Of a stretch of DNA of 45,615 bases, positions 17,789-27,537 are shown one piece after another. Below the pieces are notes generated by a model that was not told the DNA's origin, did no database searches, and saw nothing but the letters and a program-made list of their open reading frames with translations. Position numbers and translations under genes: made by a program. Each line of letters opens with the position of its first letter. The stretch's first letter is position 1. The DNA lies in NCBI GenBank assembly GCA_964573245.1, contig CAZNJA010000003.1, forward strand, positions 1 through 45,615, written 5' to 3'. Source of the DNA: an uncultured bacterium. Lineage in GTDB: Bacteria > CAIJMQ01.

Positions 17789-18627
17789 ATTGTTGCGCTT
17801 TTATACCTCAATAAATAACACGACAAATCCACACATACCGGCAATCCGCCTATATGAGTAGGAAAATCTTTGATACTCACATTTAAAGCGGTTACTTTTC
17901 CGCCAACTCCTTGCGGCCCTATTTCTAATTCATTGATTTTTTTAAGAAGTTCTTTTTCAAGTTTTGCTATTTTTTTATCAGGATTCGTTCTATTAATAGG
18001 TCTTAAAAGCGCCTCTTTTGCTAAAAGCGTAACATTACTCATACTTCCACCCACGCCTATTCCTACAAAAAGCGGAGGACATGCATCCGGCCCTTTTTCT
18101 TTTACAACCTGCAAAACAAAATCTTTGACTCCTTCTAATCCTTGCGAAGGAGTAAGCATTTTTAATTTACCGGCGTTTTCAGAACCAAATCCTTTAGGCA
18201 TTACGGTTATCTTTATTCTTTCGCCCGGTGTAAATTTGTAATGAATAATTGCAGGAGTATTGTTTTTAGTATTAATTCTTTCAAAAAGAGGAGTTCTCAC
18301 AATCGATGCTCTTAATTTTCCTTCTTTTGTCGCTATACTGACGCCTTTATTTATGGCTTCTTCTATATTCCCTTTTACAAAAACATTTCTTCCAAGAGAC
18401 ACGAAAATTTCCTGTATACCCGTGTCTTGACATAAAGGCATTTTCTGTTTTGGGGCTATCTTTATATTCTCAAGCATCTGCTTAAAAATATATTTCCCGA
18501 GTTTAGAAGTTTCTTTGTAAGATGATTGAATAATCGCCTGTTTTACTTGTGACGGTAATTCATAATTAGCTTCTTTTATGAGTTTTGCAATAACGGGGGT
18601 AAATACCTTGGCGGATACTTCTCTCAT
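17785..18627 (-). CDS. class I fumarate hydratase/tartrate dehydratase alpha subunit
   Basis: PLCQDTG, PKGFGSEN, ACPP..VG.G.GG, GPQG.GG. Confidence 0.93.
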   Translation of the reverse strand: MREVSAKVFTPVIAKLIKEANYELPSQVKQAIIQSSYKETSKLGKYIFKQMLENIKIAPKQKMPLCQDTGIQEIFVSLGRNVFVKGNIEEAINKGVSIATKEGKLRASIVRTPLFERINTKNNTPAIIHYKFTPGERIKITVMPKGFGSENAGKLKMLTPSQGLEGVKDFVLQVVKEKGPDACPPLFVGIGVGGSMSNVTLLAKEALLRPINRTNPDKKIAKLEKELLKKINELEIGPQGVGGKVTALNVSIKDFPTHIGGLPVCVDLSCYLLRYKSATI

Positions 18628-18634
18628 TTAACTT

Positions 18635-20140
18635 TTATTTTGGATGACACGCCCGATTGATAGCTTCCAAATATGCTTTAGCAGATGCTTCTATAATGTC
18701 CGTTGAAGCATGCCTTCCCAGAAATTCTTTCCCCTGCACATTAACTTTGACGGCAACTTCGCCTAATGCCTCTTTACCGCCTGTAACCGACTTTATTGAA
18801 TAATCCAAAAGTCGGGTCTTTACTTTTGTGATTCTGTCTATGGCTTTGTAAACAGCATCAACAGGCCCGTCGCCGCATGAGGCCTCTTCCATTATTTTAC
18901 CCTTGTTCTTTATTTCCACAGTTGCAGTTGGAATAGTTTTGTTTCCGGTTACCACGTTCACATACTGTAAGGAATAAGTTTCCGGAACTTTAAAGATTTC
19001 ACCTTCCACAAGCGTTCTTAAATCCTCATCAAAGATTTCCCTTTTCTTGTCTGCCAACTTTAAAAATCTTTCATATGTTTTTTGGAAATCTTTATCTTTT
19101 ATCTTATATCCCAGTTTTTTCAATTTGTCTTCTAAAGCATGTCTTCCCGAGCGCGCAGTCAACACTATTTTATGCCCTTGGACTCCCACGTCCTCCGGTT
19201 TCATTATTTCATAGGTACGCCTGTCTTTTAGAATTCCGTCAACATGAATACCTGCAGAATGCGCAAAAGCGTTGTCACCCACAATGGCTTTATTTGGCTG
19301 CACATATATTCCCGTAAGGCGGGATACAAGCCGCGACGTTTTGTAAATTTCCTTCGTGTTTACATTGGTGTTTTTATTCAAAAGATTTTTTCTTGTATGA
19401 ATTGCCATAACCACTTCTTCTAAGGATGCATTCCCCGCTCTCTCGCCGATTCCGTTCATCGTGCATTCAACCTGTGTGGCTCCGGCTTCAACTGCAGTAA
19501 TGGAATTGGCCGTCGCAAGCCCTAAATCATCATGGCAATGGACAGAAATGACTGCTTTATGTATATTGGAAACATTCTCTTTTATATATTTTATAATTCT
19601 GTACATTTCCATAGGCAAAGCATACCCTACGGTATCAGGTATATTGACAACGGTTGCGCCGGCATCAATCACCGATTCTACAACTTTACACAAGAATTCC
19701 AGCTCCGTTCTCGAGGCATCTTCCGGTGAAAATTCTATATCGCTGGTATATTTCTTGGCATACTTTACTGCCTCGACCGCCATTCTTAGAATTTCTTCGC
19801 GCGCCTTTCCGAACTTGTATTTCATGTGTATTGGCGAAGTTGCCAAAAATACGTGAATCCTGGGGCTTTTTGCTTTCTTAACCGCTTCCCAGCAAGCATC
19901 AATATCTTTTTTTAATGAACGAGCAAGACCGGCAATAGTGCATTTTTTAATTTTGGAAGCCACTAATTTAACCGCTTCTATTTCACCCGGAGAACTTATA
20001 GGAAATCCTGCTTCAATAATATCAACTCCCAATCTTTCCAACTGCTGGGCTATTTCCAATTTACTCCTGGGATTAAATCCACAGCCAGCGGCCTGTTCGC
20101 CTTCTCTTAAACTTGATTCGAATATATATACCTTTTCCAT
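18635..20140 (-). CDS. leuA: 2-isopropylmalate synthase
   Basis: LREGEQ, IEAGFP, HCHDDLGLA, GIGERAGNA, C-terminal GDGPVDA regulatory domain. Confidence 0.93.
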   Translation of the reverse strand: MEKVYIFESSLREGEQAAGCGFNPRSKLEIAQQLERLGVDIIEAGFPISSPGEIEAVKLVASKIKKCTIAGLARSLKKDIDACWEAVKKAKSPRIHVFLATSPIHMKYKFGKAREEILRMAVEAVKYAKKYTSDIEFSPEDASRTELEFLCKVVESVIDAGATVVNIPDTVGYALPMEMYRIIKYIKENVSNIHKAVISVHCHDDLGLATANSITAVEAGATQVECTMNGIGERAGNASLEEVVMAIHTRKNLLNKNTNVNTKEIYKTSRLVSRLTGIYVQPNKAIVGDNAFAHSAGIHVDGILKDRRTYEIMKPEDVGVQGHKIVLTARSGRHALEDKLKKLGYKIKDKDFQKTYERFLKLADKKREIFDEDLRTLVEGEIFKVPETYSLQYVNVVTGNKTIPTATVEIKNKGKIMEEASCGDGPVDAVYKAIDRITKVKTRLLDYSIKSVTGGKEALGEVAVKVNVQGKEFLGRHASTDIIEASAKAYLEAINRACHPK

Positions 20141-20148
20141 AGAGTTGG

Positions 20149-20177
20149 ATTTTACTAAAAAAAGGGGGAATCGTCAA
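20149..20177 (-). promoter_or_regulatory. sigma70-type promoter of leuA
   Basis: TTGACG-N17-TAAAAT ending 8 nt before the ATG. Confidence 0.65.
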
Positions 20178-20263
20178 AGATACTAAAAGGTTAATAGCAT
20201 ACTGACTTTACGCCAGGGCCATATTAACTCTTATTAATTCCATCAAATTATATTCGTGAAATG

Positions 20264-21595
20264 TTACTCCCCCGAGATCATGACTTCTCTCACTTTTATC
20301 GTCGGCGCTATGCTTCCGGGCTCTGCCCGATAATCAGACGATATTTCTTCGATATTTTTCAAAAGTTCAAGAAAATTTCCCCCAATCATCGTCTCCTTTA
20401 AAGGATAAGCAATTTGCCCGTTTTCTATTTTAAATCCGAAATCAATCGGCTGAGAAAAATCGCCCGACGCCGCATCAGGATGAATGGATGTGTTGTCAAT
20501 ATATATTCCTTCTTTTATTTCACTTATTATCTGTTTGGAAGTCCGTTTGCCTAATTGCGGAACAAGATTTGTCGCGGAAATTCCTCCGCTAAAAGTCGCG
20601 TGTCCTGTGTTTTCCTCTCCGCTTTTTCCTGAAGTGTAAGAATTATGTAAATAAGTTTTTAATACACCCCTTTCCAAAAGGGTGATTTTCTTGTGGGCAA
20701 CCCCTTCCCCATCAAAAGCGCCGGAATAAATTCCGCCCGGAATTAAGGGGTCATCAATTATCGTTAAATTTTGGGATGCTATTTGCTTGTTTTTCATATT
20801 GCATAAAAAGGAACGTTTTCTTTGAATATCTTCTGCGTGGCAAGCTCCTGTAAGAACTACAAACACAGACATAGAAGCTAAAGGGCCTAAAACTATAGGA
20901 AATTTCCCGCTCTTACACTTTTTTGCGCCAATTTGTCTTCTTGCCTCATTGGCAACTTTTTTACCTAATCCCAAAGGCGCAAAATCCTTTAACATTTTTG
21001 CTTCATCGAAATCAAAAGCGCTGCCTGTTTCGCCGCCATCACGCAATACTCCGAATAAACTCATGGAAATATGAGTGCCATTGCTTCCCGCCTCTATGCC
21101 ATTAGTATTAGCCAAAAATGTTTGTCCCGAATTCAAAGAAATGTCGCCGGAAACAACAATTTTTGATTCGGTCTCATGTGCTTCTTCAATTGCGTCAGTT
21201 GTCCATTTGAAAACTTTTTCTTTCTCAATAGAAAAAATTTCCTCATCAAATAGGTTTTCTACCTTTGGATATTTTGAAGGAAAAGGGAGCGTTCTAAAGT
21301 CCGGGTCGGGATGAGCGTTGGGAGTTATCGATGATATCATTTCTACGGCTTTTTCAATATCTTTTTCGTCGTAAACAGTAGAGAGATACCTGCCTCCACC
21401 TCCTTTTAGAAATGCGATTATAGAAATGTTTTGGGTGTAATGCTCTGAAGACGAGAAAATTTGATTCTTTTCTATTGCCACTTCAACATTATTGTCTCTG
21501 GAAACAACAACTTGTGCCTGGTCAATTGGCTTTTTCTTCAAAAGTTCACATGCCTTAACAGCCCACTTTTCAATCTCTTTATTTGTTCTTTGCAT
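20264..21595 (-). CDS. pmbA: PmbA/TldE family protein
   Basis: FDGEG, G.LKTYLH, TGHA, GDFS; follows tldD; longer ORF start runs through repeats. Confidence 0.88.
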   Translation of the reverse strand: MQRTNKEIEKWAVKACELLKKKPIDQAQVVVSRDNNVEVAIEKNQIFSSSEHYTQNISIIAFLKGGGGRYLSTVYDEKDIEKAVEMISSITPNAHPDPDFRTLPFPSKYPKVENLFDEEIFSIEKEKVFKWTTDAIEEAHETESKIVVSGDISLNSGQTFLANTNGIEAGSNGTHISMSLFGVLRDGGETGSAFDFDEAKMLKDFAPLGLGKKVANEARRQIGAKKCKSGKFPIVLGPLASMSVFVVLTGACHAEDIQRKRSFLCNMKNKQIASQNLTIIDDPLIPGGIYSGAFDGEGVAHKKITLLERGVLKTYLHNSYTSGKSGEENTGHATFSGGISATNLVPQLGKRTSKQIISEIKEGIYIDNTSIHPDAASGDFSQPIDFGFKIENGQIAYPLKETMIGGNFLELLKNIEEISSDYRAEPGSIAPTIKVREVMISGE

Positions 21596-21720
21596 TTTTA
21601 GTTTTAATTTGTCATTTTGTCCCGAAGCTCCGACGTAACATCGGAGTTCGGGATTCCTTGGGAACATTTTGAATTTTCAATATGTATATTTAATTTTTGA
21701 TATTTAATATTTGATTTATC
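21596..21720. repeat. T-rich heptamer-like tract with nested hairpin (21620-21653)
   Basis: TCCCGAA-G-CTCCGACGTAACATCGGAG-TTCGGGA. Confidence 0.7.
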
Positions 21721-21722
21721 TT

Positions 21723-23120
21723 TTACCTGCCTCCCACCAACATTTCTTTAATCTTTATATAAGGACCACCGTCGTCAACGGGAACTCCTTGTCCGCTTTT
21801 CCCGCAAATTCCTCCCTCGCCGGAAATAGAAAACTCTTTGCTTACTGATTCCACATTAAGAAGTGTTTCAAGCGTAAGCCCAACCAAAGATACATTTTTC
21901 AACAATTTTGTTTTTCTGCCGTTTTCGATTAAATACGAAGAGTTTGCGTTGAACATGAATTGTCCTCTCTCGGGATAAACATGTCCGCCAAAGCCTATAT
22001 CTTCCACGAACACACCTTTTTTAACAGTGGATAGCATCTGCTCGAAACTAGATTTTCCGGGAAGCATATATGTATTGCTCATTCTAACAATCGGCAGAAA
22101 AGAATAATCTTCGGCCCGCGCGTTGCCTGTAGGGGAAACATCGAAGAAATGCGCAGTTTCAAGGTTGTGAAGAAAACTTTTCAAAATGCCGTCTTTGATT
22201 ATTATTGTTTTTCTCGCTTTTGTTCCCTCGTTATCATACACATAAGAGCCATATGTGTTTCCAAAAGTGGGGTTGTCTACCATAGAAACGGCAGGGGAAG
22301 CAATTTGTCTTCCGATTTTACCTTCAAATATCGACTTGCCGCTTTTAACCGCATCTGCTTCCGCATTATGTCCTACGGCTTCGTGCGTAAATAATCCAAC
22401 CATCGAAGGAGATAATATAACGGGAAACTTTCCGGAAGGCGGATTTTCAGCCGCAAGAAGTTTAAGTGCCCTGGAAGCTGTTTTATGCGAGAAATTTTCC
22501 GGTTCAACATCCGCTATTATTTCAAACCCTTTAGCTCCGGCAACGGACTTGCGTGAAGACTGTCTCACACCATCCTTGCAAGCGGTAACCGTTAAAGAAG
22601 CCCGCGTTAATATTTTCTCCTGCTGGATATAAGTCCCGCAGGAATTTGCGACAATTTCTTTAACATACAAATCGTTATAGTTAAGAACTGTATTTACTAT
22701 ATAAGGGGAATACTCTTTCGCTTTCGTTTCGAGTTCGCTTAACTTGTCCATCTTTTTCTTAAAAGAGACATTTCGGGGGTCGGTTTTTACTTTTGAGGAA
22801 ATTATGTCCTGAACTGGTTCTATTTTTGCCATTTCTCTTTTTTGCGTCCACTTTCTATCCGAAGCAACAGCAAGAATTAATGCGTTTTTTGCAGCAGAAT
22901 ACAAAGAATCTTTATCTAGAAGATTTTCGCAGGATACAAAACCCCAAGAACCGTCTTTCAGTACTCTAATACCCGCCCCAAGAGCATTGGAAGAACCAAC
23001 TTTCAATGCTTTCCCATCTTGTATTTGGATTCCGGTATTAAAGGAGTCTGCTATTCTAATTTCTGTAAAATCTGCATTAATGGCATTGCAAAGTTCAAAA
23101 AGTATTTGTTTTGTAAACAT
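21723..23120 (-). CDS. tldD: TldD metalloprotease
   Basis: HEAVGH..EAD, YD.EG, RMSNTY, CGKSGQ. Confidence 0.93.
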   Translation of the reverse strand: MFTKQILFELCNAINADFTEIRIADSFNTGIQIQDGKALKVGSSNALGAGIRVLKDGSWGFVSCENLLDKDSLYSAAKNALILAVASDRKWTQKREMAKIEPVQDIISSKVKTDPRNVSFKKKMDKLSELETKAKEYSPYIVNTVLNYNDLYVKEIVANSCGTYIQQEKILTRASLTVTACKDGVRQSSRKSVAGAKGFEIIADVEPENFSHKTASRALKLLAAENPPSGKFPVILSPSMVGLFTHEAVGHNAEADAVKSGKSIFEGKIGRQIASPAVSMVDNPTFGNTYGSYVYDNEGTKARKTIIIKDGILKSFLHNLETAHFFDVSPTGNARAEDYSFLPIVRMSNTYMLPGKSSFEQMLSTVKKGVFVEDIGFGGHVYPERGQFMFNANSSYLIENGRKTKLLKNVSLVGLTLETLLNVESVSKEFSISGEGGICGKSGQGVPVDDGGPYIKIKEMLVGGR

Positions 23121-23266
23121 GTTTAACCCGTTTTAGACGCTGTATTTTTTTGTTTCCAAAGCACTGATATAAATTATAACCTGCCTAAGAAGGTTTACAT
23201 TGTCTTCTTATTAAAAAAAATTTCTAAGCAGGCCTACTTGACAGAGCGAAAAAAGCGCTGTGAAAT

Positions 23267-23587
23267 TTATCGTATTTCAAAGATGAATTTCGTATGTCTT
23301 CCGAGCCCGATTATATCGCCGCTGTTCAATTGCCTTTTTTCTTCTATTTTTTCACCGTTTAAATAAGTGCCGTGCTTGCTGCCTGTATCTTCAATATAAT
23401 ACGCGTCCGTTTGTTTATCATGAGTAATTATAGAATTTTGGCGAGAGACACCCAGGTCATCTTCTACAAACACAGGAACAGCATGCCCCCTTCCGATATT
23501 ATTGGGGTTTTCCGGGTCAAGAATGAATTCTTTCCCGCTATTTGATATTAAAACCGCCTGTTTTTCCTTTTTAAACCAGTTAACCAT
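23267..23587 (-). CDS. FHA domain protein
   Basis: IGR, VSRQ, D.GSKHGTYLNG, L.SGD.I.LG. Confidence 0.88.
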   Translation of the reverse strand: MVNWFKKEKQAVLISNSGKEFILDPENPNNIGRGHAVPVFVEDDLGVSRQNSIITHDKQTDAYYIEDTGSKHGTYLNGEKIEEKRQLNSGDIIGLGRHTKFIFEIR

Positions 23588-23687
23588 ATTGTCTGTTTTA
23601 AGTTGATTAAATTATATCATACACCGCAAAATCAAGGCACATTAATAATACTTTGTCATAGCTTTGTTATCTGATAAAATAGACGCG

Positions 23688-25415
23688 ATGGGCAAAATTA
23701 GAATTCCTCCCGAAGATACCATAAAACGTATCGCTGCAGGCGAAGTAATCGAAAGGCCGGTCTCCGTAGTGAAAGAACTGATTGAAAATTCCCTCGATGC
23801 AGAAGCCAAGAAAATAGTTATTGAACTGGAAGAAGGCGGGAAAAAGCTTATAAGAGTAAAAGATGACGGTGAGGGAATGACTAAAAACGACGCAGAAATG
23901 TGCCTGAAACGCTATTCCACAAGCAAAATCCGCGAGTTTGGCGATTTGCTTAAACTTTCCACTTTGGGATTTAGAGGAGAAGCACTGCCTTCCATCGCTA
24001 CTGTTTCCCAAATTGCAATCTTAACCAAATCAAAAGAAGAACCGGTCGGTATTTCAATTGAAGCAGAAAACGGAAAAATAAAAAGAATAACCGAACAAGC
24101 CAGTCCCGAAGGAACCACCGTAACAGTAAAAAACCTTTTTTCGAATTTTCCGGCAAGGAAAAAATTCCTAAAAAAAGACCGTGTCGAATTAAGGCATATA
24201 CTTAATACCGTTACAAGACAAGCACTGGCGCATCCTAATGTTTTGTTTCGGCTCTTCCATAACGGGAAACAGCTAATAAATACACCCCCCAAAGAAAATA
24301 ATTTAGACAGGATTACGGATTTTTGGGGCAAAAAGTTCGCTTCCGAGCTTATCCCTTTAAAAACAGAAAACCCACTTTTTCATATCGAAGGATTTATATG
24401 TAAACCTTTCCTCGCAAGAAGAAGAACAGGGTTGCAATATCTCTTTGTAAACGGACGTTCCATTTCAAGCGGCCTAATAGCCGCTGCTTGCAAGAAAGGG
24501 TATCAGCCGGTAATCCCCGACGAAAGATATCCCCAGGTTTTCCTTTTTCTAACAATAGACCCTAAGGAAACAGACATCAATGTCCATCCGTCAAAAGATA
24601 TAATCAAATTCCAAAAGGAGAAGGAGATTTTCGAATCTGTTTCGGAAGGGGTAAGAAATTGCCTGAAAAATGCCAAACTTCTGCCGGAAGTATTTTTTAG
24701 CAAACCGACATTTAAAAACATAACTTCTCCAAAAATTTTTACAGGCGGCACGCCAACCGCAAAAACGCAAAATATTTCTCTGGATTTCGAGAAACCTTTT
24801 ATAAAAGAAAAAGAAGAAGGATACACACTTATTTCGGGAAAACTCAATATAAAAGCCCAAATCAACAATACTTATCTTTTGGGAGAGGACTCTGACGGGT
24901 TTTTTCTTCTTGACCAGCATGCTGTGCACGAGAGAATCCTTTACGAAAAGTTCAAAAAAGAAATGAAAACATCCGCTGTTCAAAGCCAAAACCTTTTGAT
25001 TCCCCAGACAATTGAATTAAACAAAAATGAAGCTTCTGCATTCACCGAAAACTTGGATAACCTCAAAAAAATGGGATTCAATATAGAGTCGTTCGGGCAA
25101 AATACTTTTATAATTCATTCCGTTCCCAAAATAATCAAAAAAGTCTTGCCGTCATCTTTGCTTCTTGACATTGCAGAAGAATTCGAAAATATGGATAAAA
25201 ATTGCTCCGTGGAAGAATGCGCGGAAAAAATCCTTACAATGATTGCATGTAAAGCCGCAATAAAAGCGGGTGATAAACTCACAAACGAGGAAATAGAATC
25301 TTTGATTAGACAATGGGAAGCAACCGATTATCACAATTGGTGCCCGCACGGCAGACCCGCAATAGTAAGATTTAGCTGGAATGAAATAGAAAAAAGATTT
25401 AACAGGAAAGAATAA
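23688..25415 (+). CDS. mutL: DNA mismatch repair protein MutL
   Basis: IAAGEVIERP, TLGFRGEAL, DQHAVHERILYE, ACKAA, CPHGRP. Confidence 0.97.
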   Translation: MGKIRIPPEDTIKRIAAGEVIERPVSVVKELIENSLDAEAKKIVIELEEGGKKLIRVKDDGEGMTKNDAEMCLKRYSTSKIREFGDLLKLSTLGFRGEALPSIATVSQIAILTKSKEEPVGISIEAENGKIKRITEQASPEGTTVTVKNLFSNFPARKKFLKKDRVELRHILNTVTRQALAHPNVLFRLFHNGKQLINTPPKENNLDRITDFWGKKFASELIPLKTENPLFHIEGFICKPFLARRRTGLQYLFVNGRSISSGLIAAACKKGYQPVIPDERYPQVFLFLTIDPKETDINVHPSKDIIKFQKEKEIFESVSEGVRNCLKNAKLLPEVFFSKPTFKNITSPKIFTGGTPTAKTQNISLDFEKPFIKEKEEGYTLISGKLNIKAQINNTYLLGEDSDGFFLLDQHAVHERILYEKFKKEMKTSAVQSQNLLIPQTIELNKNEASAFTENLDNLKKMGFNIESFGQNTFIIHSVPKIIKKVLPSSLLLDIAEEFENMDKNCSVEECAEKILTMIACKAAIKAGDKLTNEEIESLIRQWEATDYHNWCPHGRPAIVRFSWNEIEKRFNRKE

Positions 25416-25417
25416 CC

Positions 25418-26764
25418 CTACCCCAACAACTTATTTTCAACTTTTTTCATCTTCTTTTTTTCTTCCGACAAGAGATTTCTGTAGATAGAGATTTGTTTTT
25501 TATTTTCGGCAAAAGACAGATTGCCTGTTGCTCCCTGATATTTTTTCTCTTTTATATTTTTGTAGGGGTCGATTTTTTCCAACTTATCCAAATCTTTGGT
25601 AACTTTTTTATATGCTTCGCGGAAAGGCATTCCTTTTTTCGCAAGTTTGGTTGCTTCGTCGGCGGCAAAGACTTCTTTGCTGAACCCTTTGATGAGCTTC
25701 GCTTCATTTACTTTCAATTTGTCGAACACGACATTGGCAACTTTCAAAGAAAGGTATGTCGTATCAAAACCTTTGATTAGAGGTTCTTTCGTAAGTTGCA
25801 AATCGCCGTTATAGCCGGACGGCAGCCCTTTTAAAATATTCATGACCATGAAAAGATAGGACTCAACCTGCGCATATTTTGCTCTAATCTGTTCCAATAC
25901 ATCCGGATTTTTCTTTTGCGGCATAATCGAAGAACCCAAAAGGATTTCGTTGGGCAACGTAAAATATTCAAATTCTTCTCTTGTAAAAAGAATTAAATCT
26001 TCTGATAACTTAGCCAAATCAAGCATAACCTGCGCCAAAGCAAACAGTATTATTGATTCAATCTTTCCTCTGGAATTATTCACATAAAGAAGATTGTTCT
26101 GCACTTTTTCGAAGCCCAACAACTCCCTTAAAAATTCCCTGTCTATTTCCAAATTAACGCCGTAAGACGCCGCGGAACCCAAAGCAGAGCGGTTGTTCAA
26201 AATGTAAGCTGTTCTTAAAAGCCGCAAATTGTCGATTAGAGATTCGGCAAAGGCGCCCGCCCAGAGTCCCACCGAAGAGGGCATCCCTTTGCGGGAATGC
26301 GTATATCCGACCATCGGGATATCTTTGTGTTTATCGGCAAATTTTAAAAGCGTTTCGATTAAAACAAGAAGCGGTTCCCCGATTGCCAATAGTCTTTCTT
26401 TACAGTAAAGCCGCAGGTCGGAAATCACCTGGTCATTTCTTGAACGTCCGGCATGAATTTTTTTGCCGACGGAGCCGCATTTTAAAGTCAAATAATTTTC
26501 CACGGCTGTGTGCACGTCTTCTTGTTCAAGCTTTACCTCGAATTTACCATCCTGCCATAATTTAAGTATCTCTTTTAAACTATTTTGAAGTCTACCCATT
26601 TCATTTTTGCTTAATATCCCAAGCGACTGCAACATTTTGATATATGCGAGGTTGGTAAAAACATCCGATTTCACAAGTTCGTTATCAAGCACATAATCAT
26701 TGCCCACGGCAAACTTCTCGACATCTTTAAGCAACCTATAATCTTTTTCCCAAAGTTTACTCAT
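25418..26764 (-). CDS. argH: argininosuccinate lyase
   Basis: HAGRSRNDQ, GSSIMPQKKNPD, PFREAY. Confidence 0.96.
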   Translation of the reverse strand: MSKLWEKDYRLLKDVEKFAVGNDYVLDNELVKSDVFTNLAYIKMLQSLGILSKNEMGRLQNSLKEILKLWQDGKFEVKLEQEDVHTAVENYLTLKCGSVGKKIHAGRSRNDQVISDLRLYCKERLLAIGEPLLVLIETLLKFADKHKDIPMVGYTHSRKGMPSSVGLWAGAFAESLIDNLRLLRTAYILNNRSALGSAASYGVNLEIDREFLRELLGFEKVQNNLLYVNNSRGKIESIILFALAQVMLDLAKLSEDLILFTREEFEYFTLPNEILLGSSIMPQKKNPDVLEQIRAKYAQVESYLFMVMNILKGLPSGYNGDLQLTKEPLIKGFDTTYLSLKVANVVFDKLKVNEAKLIKGFSKEVFAADEATKLAKKGMPFREAYKKVTKDLDKLEKIDPYKNIKEKKYQGATGNLSFAENKKQISIYRNLLSEEKKKMKKVENKLLG

Positions 26765-26778
26765 TTTTCTTCCCTTTA

Positions 26779-26915
26779 CCCCGTTAGAGATAGGTCGCCA
26801 TTATGTCTATTATGTATGGCGACCGTAACTTCTCGGGAGTATTTGTATGTCACTTTTTATCTCTTTCATTTTGAACAATGCAATCCAAATCTTATCGCCA
26901 TTATCTCTAACGGGG
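26779..26915. mobile_element. family A TIR element (137 nt) at the aroQ/argH junction
   Basis: perfect 14-bp TIR CCCCGTTAGAGATA/TATCTCTAACGGGG; inner hairpin GGTCGCCAT...ATGGCGACC; supplies the aroQ TAG. Confidence 0.88.
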
Positions 26916-27347
26916 CGAAATTAAATCTAACAATCCATATAAAGCAAGAATATAACTTTGTTTTCCGAAACCGGATATCGTCGCAACAGCCACGGGAGCT
27001 ATAAGGGATTTTTGACGAAACTCTTCCCGTGCATAAATGTTGGACAAATGGACTTCCACAGTAGGAATATTTAACGCTTTTACAGCGTCTCTTATTGCGA
27101 CCGATGTGTGAGTATAAGCGGCGGGATTAATTATTATACCTTCAGCCCATTTCCTGTTATCTCTCAAAAAATTTACGATGTCGCCTTCGCTGTTTGACTG
27201 AAAAGTTTTAAGTTCCACATCTTTTTTTTCGGCTTCTTTTTGCAGAAGAGAATTTATACTTTCCAAAGTGTCTTTCCCGTAAACACTTGGCTCTCTCTCT
27301 CCCAAAAGGTCAAGATTCGGACCATGAACAACTACAATCTTTATCAT
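26907..27347 (-). CDS. aroQ: type II 3-dehydroquinate dehydratase
   Basis: GPNL.LLG.REP..YG, INPAAYTHTS.A, EVHLSNI..RE.FR. Confidence 0.97.
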   Translation of the reverse strand: MIKIVVVHGPNLDLLGEREPSVYGKDTLESINSLLQKEAEKKDVELKTFQSNSEGDIVNFLRDNRKWAEGIIINPAAYTHTSVAIRDAVKALNIPTVEVHLSNIYAREEFRQKSLIAPVAVATISGFGKQSYILALYGLLDLISPR

Positions 27348-27379
27348 TTTAAAGACTCCATTTTAGAATAATATAAACT

Positions 27380-27439
27380 GATTACACAGATAAAACCAAA
27401 TTTTTAATCGGTGTAATCTTTTTAAAAATCCGAGTAATC
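27380..27439. repeat. family B 13-mer cluster
   Basis: GATTACACAGATA 27380, AATCGGTGTAATC 27406, AATCCGAGTAATC 27427. Confidence 0.8.
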
Positions 27440-27480
27440 TTGTTACACCACCAATTAAAGCAGAAACACCGATTTCTTGC

Positions 27481-27510
27481 AAACCCTGAACCACATAGGA
27501 TTCAGGGTTT
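27481..27510. repeat. hairpin element AAACCCTGAACCA-x-GATTCAGGG, copy 1
   Basis: 10-bp stem; same arms at 30066-30108. Confidence 0.75.
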
Positions 27511-27537
27511 GTCTCGCCAATGTTTAGTGGCGGACAA

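Noticed and set aside
21596-21667. N-terminal extension of PmbA (MFPRNPELRCY...)
   Set aside because: Derived from hairpin and heptamer repeats; ATG 21595 is the more plausible start.
23180-23232. Possible further family A copy (CCTGCCTAAGAA...TTCTAAGCAGG)
   Set aside because: Arms diverge from the consensus and boundaries are ambiguous (52 or 53 nt); excluded from the length tally.
20264-23587. tldD/pmbA as part of a RiPP cluster
   Set aside because: No precursor peptide, YcaO, radical SAM or transporter nearby; an ordinary housekeeping pair.
26816-27004. 62-aa plus-strand ORF
   Set aside because: Lies in the family A element and antisense to aroQ; no protein features.
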